In this document: piece by piece, positions 55,730 through 64,000 of the stretch
Layout of the letters: every line of letters begins with the position of its first letter
Numbering within the stretch: position 1 is the stretch's first letter
Assembly: GCA_964016885.1 (NCBI GenBank)
Contig: OZ024740.1
Coordinates: forward strand, 93,000,001-93,064,000
Direction: 5' to 3'
Length of the DNA stretch: 64,000 nucleotides
Source: Eledone cirrhosa
Taxonomy: Eukaryota
Notes under the pieces: generated by a model
What the model was told of the DNA's origin: nothing
Seen by the model: the letters and a program-made list of their open reading frames with translations, nothing else
Database searches by the model: none
Translations under genes and position numbers: made by a program

Positions 55730-58590
55730 TTGGCAAGTGAACATCAATCGCCAAATAAACCTACTCCGATCTGATATAGAAATTTTAACAAACTACAAAG
55801 TAGGTGAACATGTTAAACAAACTAAACTTAGAAAATTGAAAAGAAAATACAGTATAAAATCAACAAGTGACATAGACATGCTGATAGAAATATTCAAGCA
55901 GAAAGTTTCAGCCAAAGCTACTCGTATAAGGAGCTTCAAAAAACGATCTAGATTCTATAAGGATAATAATATGTTCAAAAACAACCAAAGAAAATTTTAC
56001 AGAAAAATTGGCAAGTCAACAATAACTGCTAAATCAATACCACCCAAGGAGGAAGTGCGAGAATTCTGGGAAAAGATCTGGGCCGAAGAAAAAGTTCATA
56101 ATATACATGCCCCATGGAGAGATAGACAAATGAAAGATACAATTCACCTTGAGGAACAAATATGGGAAAATATAACAGTTGAACAGTTGCGTTTGCATCT
56201 TAGAAAAACGAGCAAATGGAAATCCCCAGGAAAAGACAAAATAAAAAATGTTTGGATAAATGCCTTCACAGAGTCTCATGAGCTGTTAGCCCAACTTTAC
56301 AATGAAATTGTTAAGGAGCCAGAAAATATACCATCATGACTAGTTAACGGTATTACATTCCTACTTCCGAAGAATGATGAGACAAACAATCACAACAATT
56401 ACAGACCGATAACTTGCTTGACCACAATGTATAAAATTTTTACATCAGTCCTAACCGAATATACATATGATCATCTGATAACAAATGATCTATTTCCCAA
56501 TGAGCAGAATGTGTGTAAACGAGGCTCATATTGACCGTAAAGATCAACTCCTGGATGACATAATGATACTGAAAGATTGTCATTATAGACACAAAAATCT
56601 ATCAATTGCTTGGATAGATTATAAAAAAGCATTCGATAGTTTGCCACACAGTTGGATTGAATAATGTTTAGAGAATTTCAAAATATCTCCCGTTGTCAGG
56701 AGGTTCCTGTCATTCAGTATGAAAACATGGAAAATGACACTCCTTTTGAATAGTGAAAAAAAAATCACTGGAAGCTGGAGAAGTTAATATTAATTGTGGA
56801 ATTTTTCAGGGTGACTCTTTATCACCGCTTTTATTCTGCATCGCACTTATACCATTAAGTAAAATGCTCAATGAAACAAAACATAGATATAAAGTCTATG
56901 ACAAAACCATTAATCACTTGTTCTACATGGATGACTTAAAACTATTTGCAAAAAAGGATGAACAATTGCAAGAGCTATTATCCACTGTGAAGCAGTTCTT
57001 TGATGAGATAAAATGGAGTTTGGACTGGATAAATGCGCCAAAGGAACGTTCACCAGCGGAAAGCTGCTGAAAAGTTCAGGCATTAATTTGATCGGGGGAA
57101 TGTGATAAGAGAACTTGATTCACATATCTAGGTGTTTGTGAAGGAGACGGAATCAAGCACTCGACAATGAGGGAACGGATAAGGAAGGAACGTTACCGCA
57201 GAGTAAGAGCAATTTTAAGAAGGGAAATTAATGCAAATAATAGGATCGATGCCATAAACACGCTTGCCATACAAGTAGTAACTTACAGTTACAACGTCAT
57301 CAACTGGTCAAGCACAGAGATCCATAGGCGCGATACAAAAATTACAAAATTCTTAACCATGCGCAGAATGCATCACCCTAAGGCAGATGCAGATAGAATA
57401 TATCTCCATAGGAAAGAAGGAGGACGTGGGTTAATCCAGTTAAATATTGCGTTGAAAACTGCAACAATTGGATTATCTACATTTATAAGGGAATCACATT
57501 ATTGGATGATCAAACCTGTTTTGAAACACGAAATCATCTAAAGATCATACTCCATTACAAAAGATGCACAAAGATACAGTAATGGACTACACATTTCAGA
57601 AGTCCCATTTACTGCTGAAGTGCAAAATACAGAAAAAGCAAAGCAGGTAAAAGTAACTGCAAATAAAGAACTGCTACAGAAACTGGCTAAGAAGTGGCAA
57701 GAAAAGCCTCTGTATGGAAAATACCCAGAAAGAGCTAACAATTCTGATCTTGACAAAACTTTAGCCCATCAGTGGTAGGCATCCTCTGGACTGAAATCGG
57801 AGACCGAAGGACTAATTATATCAGCACAAGATCAGCATCTGCTAACAAAAAATTACCAAGCCAACATAATATAAAAAGGATGCAACCCATTCTGCCGTGT
57901 ATGTAAAAAACAACCAGAGACCATTGATCATATAATTTCAACGTGCAGACATATAGCTCCAACCGAATACCTAAACAGGCACGACAGAGCTGCACAATAC
58001 ATACATTGGATAATGTGTAAGCATTTTGACCTGCCCCATCAAAAGTATTGGTGGGAGCATCAACCAACTCCCGTACTTGAAAAAGGCTCACTTGTGGAAC
58101 TTTAGCATACAAACAGACCGAAAAATAGATGCAAATAGTCCTGATATAATACTGAAAGACTTTAAAAAGAGGGTATTCTTGCTAATTGATATGTCCGTTC
58201 CAATAGATAAGATTGTATCTATAAAAATATTCGAAAAATTTAGCAAGTATAAGGACCTTGAGATAGAAATTGGAAACGTGTGTAAATTAAGAACTAAAAC
58301 GATACCCGTGTCTGTAGGCGCTCTAGGAATGATACCTAAGGGGTCTAATGTATACTTATTGCAAATCCCAGGAAACCCGCGTATAGGAGAAATACAAAAG
58401 ATAGTACTAATGGGAACTGACCATATACTAAGGAAGATTCTGTCAATATAAGTACATCACAAGTCTAAAGACCTAAAGATGCATGGGTGTGTATGTGTGT
58501 TCTTTCTTGAACATGGCGGATCTTGTTGTCTCTTGAGGTCACTGGTTGTGACTTGGTGAAAACTCGTATGAACATAAAGCAAGATAAATG
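55730..58590 (+). mobile_element. Dong/R4-clade LINE, second family, 5'-truncated, decayed
   Basis: KWKSPGKDKI, NYRPITCL, AWIDYKKAFDS, GIFQGDSLSPLLFCIAL, NHLFYMDDLKLF, HHPKADADRIYLHRKEGGRGL, WNFSIQTD..PDII..LIDMSVP..KFSKYKDL..VGALG; flanked by (AAT)n at 55657-55730 and a TAA-like tract at 58600-58620. Confidence 0.92.
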
Positions 58591-58625
58591 CTACTGAAAT
58601 ATTAATAATAATACTAATAATTTAC

Positions 58626-59293
58626 AAGGAGGAGGCTTGCCCACTGTGTATGGTTTGTGGAGAGGGAATGGAGACTGTGGCTCACAATGTATCCGAGTGT
58701 AAACACCTAGCCCAGACTCACTATAAAGGCTGTGGACACAATGTGATGGGCAGAGTGATCCACTGGCATCTATGCAAAGTAAACAATTTACCACATTCTG
58801 AGAAGTGGTATGAGCATAAGCCAGAGTTGTTGATAGAAAACGATCAGGTGAAGATTCTATGGGATTTTAGGATACAGACGGACAAGGAATTAGAACACAA
58901 TAAGCCTGACCTGGTGGTTTTGGACAAGGATAAAAGATCGTGCTTGATTGTAGATGTAGCCTGCCGATGTGATACGAGAGTGCAAGTAAAGGAGAGGGAG
59001 AAAATTAACCGATACCAGGACTTAAAGTGGAAGGTAAAAAGTATTTGCAGCTGCCATGAAGTCAAGGTCGTCCCGATTGTCATAGGCGCACTAGGTACTA
59101 TCTCAAAGAGTTTCCAAGGCTAATTAAAGAAGATTAGTCCAGCCCCGCTCTTTGGAACACTTCAAAAGGCATGCTTGCTTGGAACAGCAAGAACCCTCCG
59201 ATACGTCCTGAATATCTGAGGCTGCTTGTAGCGGCTTGATATTCACTTCAGCAAACTTTCCAGTTAAATAAAATCAATGACTGAGACTCAAGG
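58626..59293 (+). mobile_element. Dong/R4-clade LINE 3' fragment (CCHC + RLE + 3' UTR), same family as 47520-50056
   Basis: ORF 58650-59123 closely matches ORF 47594-47983; both share the 3' end ATCAATGACTGAGACTCAA, followed by AATAATAAC. Confidence 0.92.
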
Positions 59294-60949
59294 AATAATA
59301 ACAACAATAATTATATAAATAATAGTGTTAAATATTGGATTTCTACCATTAAATATCTTTCCCCCACAACTGATATCACCAACAATATCAACAATGTCAT
59401 CGTCATTATGATCATAGTAATCATCATTTACAGATCCTCATCATCTTCACTATCACTCTTATCAGCGTGTAATGCTCAATTTATCTCTTTAGAAACAAAC
59501 AGTATGTTTTATATGAGGATATTTTACACAGACAATGATTTGAATAGGATTGACTTGCATTTGATATCCCGTCTCTGTCGGTATATTTCTATCTTTCAAT
59601 AAAGTGTTATCAACTTTTTTCAGGTCATATGTCTCTAATGAATATCTGTGTTCAAATTGTCACGATTAATTTCTATGGCTCACTATGATAATCTTGAAGC
59701 CTAGGATATAATTCGTCTTCTGTTACTTTTCCAGCCTCTTTCAAACACAGATAAAAATAATTGTTTTTTAAAAAAAGTTTTCTGATAACAGCACCCGAAA
59801 CATTGGCTTCATATGCAGCCATCTTGATTTACTACGATTCAAATATTTTAAACATTTCTACACGCTTCTTAATTAATGATTAATCACGAATTTGAGTCAC
59901 GTTTTCTCAGACACCTGCGAAGTGTTTCGGGTACAGTATGAAAACTACCTCACGAAATATTATCACCGCATTGAATTAGGATGAATATGTGCAATATAAA
60001 TTATAAATGACATGAAATTAAGCGTTTAATCTGTTTGTTTTATTTGTCATTGTACTTCCCGTAACATATCACATATACAACACTGTATACATTCATATCA
60101 TCTAAATATTATTCTGAAATATATTTATATAATTAATCGTTGTCAAAATTATAACTAACTAGTGTCATCAGTTGAAAACACCTTTTTATAATTGTTATTA
60201 TTTCTATCTGTTTCATAAATTATAGAAGATCAATATGTATCAGATTGTATTCCATAGAACTGTCATTTATAATATAACAGACATGTTCCATTATTATTGA
60301 ATGCCGTGCATGACTTCTATTTCTTACATTTTTAATTTCGACTCTAACACATATATGCATATCATTATGGGAACATTATCGATTATATCTACTAATTGAT
60401 TCGATAGACAAAGTAGTTAAAATACGCTCTATCACTCGCCGTAGCACAGAGATATGTATTACTGGGAGAGACAACATATAGTACACATGAAATATTTCCC
60501 CCCTCTGATTGTATATATAGGTGAGTGTAGCAAAATATATATTTTGCAATGCGTTTTTCCTTGTTAGAAGGATCGAAATCTGTAGGTTATCCGTGCATAT
60601 CTAGTAGTGGAGGCATATGACGTCCACATAATTTAGAACTCGAATGACTTAATCATCTGCAAATTCACAAACTGGTTTGTAAGCTGCGACCATGACAAAC
60701 ATAAGTTCACGAGATCGAAGGACCACATATTAGAATAAACATTTTTTTTAGATATATTTTACTGGAAGAAATGTGAGCCGAAACATTTATAACCACGTAT
60801 ATAATCCGGCAGACTAATGGTTTATCATGAGGGCTACTTAAGTTTAATGTATAGTTATTAAAGCTATATTGTCATATATTGTGATTATATTCTCGGCTCT
60901 TAAATGAATGCCTTTTATACATTTTGATTGATACTTCCTGATGTTATAT

Positions 60950-61800
60950 ATTGTTCAAGAAATGCCTGGTTCAAAACTTGCAAACAATCTAGCACCTTGA
61001 AACAATATTTCTACATGCGACAACACCTGCTCGACGTTAATCCACAAGTCAGTAATGGGCGGACAATGGAGAGTTCTTGCAGAACGGTTTCCTCACTGTT
61101 CACGCATCTTGTGCAGGTCCATCTGACAGTACTTCCCTGTCTGTTGAGTTTATTTCGAACTGGCAGTGTTCCCCGGTAGCACCGCTAAGCGAGAGGATTT
61201 TGAAATATATCTTTAGCTTCCGGCTTGAATGTCTGTTCACTTCGACTTCGTCAACGACCAGAACTCTCTGAGTGCGTTGTCGCAATGGCCAACCATTAAT
61301 GCTCTGTAGTTCCCGCATTGCCCGCGTAGCATAGGGCAGTGAGCGCCTAACAACATTCCAAATATCAGGCGCCAGGTGTCTGTCTTTACTTGACACATAA
61401 CTGCATCGCAGTCAAAGAAACGAGATGCGAAAACGTCTGTCCCACAAATGGTGACAGAACCTATTCACCGTTTAGGTAGATTATCATGCCGCAGCCTCTG
61501 TGCATGATTGGGCATCTATTTTATAGGACATGGTTATCCCTCCGCCTACATGGTGCTGGCAGTGGTAGGAACGCCTCCCCAACATAAACTGTCGCATCCA
61601 AATGAAGTTGAAGAGGAGCCGTTCCAATTTTGTGAGGCACAAACGGGTCGAGACACTACGGTAAGGCAGCTTTTACTCGGCACATTTCTTGGTAAGTGTA
61701 AATACCCTTTCGTAACATTATCCCAATTATTCTTCCCCTGGATGTCTGGTCCGAACCAAAACCATTATAACTTTACCGGTTCGTGCGTCCAGCAGCGGAT
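60950..61800 (-). mobile_element. Possible highly decayed MULE/Mutator transposase remnant
   Basis: GC-richer island. Minus-strand APDIWNV...R....INGW resembles the MULE P..WN...RTNN..EGW motif, with AFLP upstream; weak support. Confidence 0.3.
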
Positions 61801-62086
61801 GACGCAAGAGGATGAGACAATAAAATGACAATATTTTATATGTTATTGTCATTTTGTTTTATTTCAATTTAACCTAGTCTTATACATTTCTTTATTATTA
61901 ATATATCATTTTGTTAGCAATCCGTTTTATATAGTCATTATTTGTTTCCATAATTAAGCTCTATTCCCGTCGATGTTAGATTTGTTCTTCTTTTTGGTTT
62001 CGATAACGTACCAGAAACGCCCGTGTTAGATTTACACGACCTTCCCCTCCCTAATATTTCATGAAGCGCGTAAATCAGAAGCCATT

Positions 62087-62268
62087 TGGCAGTATCGGTG
62101 GCGGGTTTGACGCCATGCTTACTAGCATAGTTACGTCCCTTTACGGTCTGAGTTCAAATCCCGCCAAGGTTAACTTTGCCTTTCATCCTTACGGGGTCGA
62201 TAAAATAGAGTACCAGTAATGTACTGGATAATTGCTGGCCTTGTGCCTAAAGTAGAAACAATTATTAT
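62087..62268 (+). mobile_element. tRNA-derived SINE, octopod type
   Basis: Colinear with 32093-32273; B-box GAGTTCAAATCCC. Confidence 0.85.
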
Positions 62269-64000
62269 CTTTTTTTTTTCAATCATCCACTACATAATTA
62301 TTTCATCGATTTCTCAGTATGTGCATAATAATTTGCTAATTTTAACGTTCATCACGTAAGTAAACACAACCCTAGATTAAAGAAGGTATCAAGCGTTTCT
62401 TTATCACGTAGGTTTCATCGCTCTGTCTATAAATATTAAATTAAGTTTAACCTTAGCGGCATCTTCAACTAAACATCAAACGTTGCAGTGGAGAGGTACC
62501 GCAGTACTATCAATAATTAAGTTTAGAAAATAATTCACAAACATCTGAATTGTTTATACACCTCTGGAGCATCAAATAACTTTGGTGACAAAAGTAATAA
62601 CGTTCGAGTCCTAAACATTTGTAGATTATACATATACCTAATCTTACACTTTTTTTCCTCCAAAATAAAATATTGTGTAATCTGCTGTGTTTGATATTTT
62701 TTTTTTTCGTAAAAATTCTTGGATTATATTGCAGCCCTGTCCAGTTATATGTGCTTCAAATGTTTTTCTTTTCGTTATTCAATGCTTCATATGATGGAAT
62801 ATTATATTTTCCGTAGGTATCTAGGCTTTCATATTATATACATACATACAGATATATCTATACATGTTTATATGTAAGTGTGTATTTATTTGCTGGCTGC
62901 TATGATGTGTGTTTTTGTGCATGTGTGCATATTCCCATACCGTATACATAACTTGTATCAATGTAAGTATTTTGTTTAAAATGTATTACTGTTATATTAA
63001 GTATCCATTTATTAACACATCTTAAGACTATATAATCAGCACTATAGCAGAAATTAATATCAAGCTTAATAACATCACCGTATATGTTAGAACACTAGGG
63101 GATTTGACGTCAATAATGTGAGAAGAAGCTCAATTGATAGAATTACTCATTATTTCCGTTTTTGTGTTGGAATCACGTACGCAATTCAGATGTGAGATGT
63201 TCAGCTCTCTATAATGGAACACACATGCAAGCTCCCTTGTACATTCTGTAGTGGCAATTAATTATGTTATAGTATAGAATATGACAATTGTTGGATTTGA
63301 AGTCTTTTATTAATGATAACATTCGAGTAGGCATTATCACACCTTGAGCCAGCTAGTGGCCACAAATAGCAATTTCAACCTATATGCAACTACAGAACGA
63401 GGAAGATAGTAAATATAATTTATATATTTATTTAATACATTTTACTTTTCGTTTTGTAGTGTATATTCACATTATGAATAATGAGCATCGCTGTTAATTA
63501 AAAAATGGATTTATTTGCGAAATCATTTAAACTAAATTGGGAAGAATGTTGACGGGGAAAGCATTTGTCGGAAAATGACAGTGATGGAAAATTGGTACCG
63601 AGATATAGCTATTCAATTGTGATCGATTACTTTTTAAAAATGTAATTATATTCAGTCTCAGTCACGCTGGCTTATAGAAATAACGAATGTTTGAGGCCTC
63701 CGTAAATAATTAGATTATAAGCAATGGTAATAAAATAAAATAGCAACCTTCCCTCTCACTACGTGAGGGCGAATTTCGGTGTGGATGGATAGAATAATAG
63801 GCGTCAATTATTTGAATATGCTAATTTGTTAACTCCTTCGTGTTTGTCCACATGGAATTAAGAGCAAAGCAGAAGCATTCAGACCAAATAAATATGTGGT
63901 GTAATACAGCAAATGAAAGTGACTATCTTTATATATTACAGAGCATTTGAACAGCAAACTTCTCAGCTCATTGCATGCCATTTCCCTACTGCTAGTAGCC

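Overview
Eukaryotic, gene-free, repeat-dense DNA, most likely from an octopod cephalopod (inferred from a recalled octopus-type tRNA-derived SINE, long (TA)n tracts, and RTE, Dong/R4 and Tx1 LINEs). Positions 1-16,033 are the end of a tandem array of a ~657-667 bp monomer: 24 full copies plus a partial one, organised as a 3,950-bp 6-mer higher-order repeat that breaks down distally. Every full monomer carries a type I hammerhead ribozyme (HHR) motif with a palindromic helix III (TGTCTC-CTGATGA...GAAA-CCATGGTA-GAGATA), so the array looks like a retrozyme or a satellite derived from a Penelope terminal repeat (pLTR). The remaining 48 kb holds a Rep-deleted Helitron, a decayed hATm-like transposon, decayed RTE, Tx1 and three Dong/R4 LINE copies, and SINEs. 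It also holds a dense set of short non-coding elements that carry unrelated minimal hammerheads and/or form fold-back (inverted) duplications beside (TA)n tracts, including a second ~0.5-kb HHR tandem repeat. No intact protein-coding gene is supported; the many YIYI ORFs are microsatellite read-through. All folds and alignments were made by eye, and no ribozyme activity has been tested.
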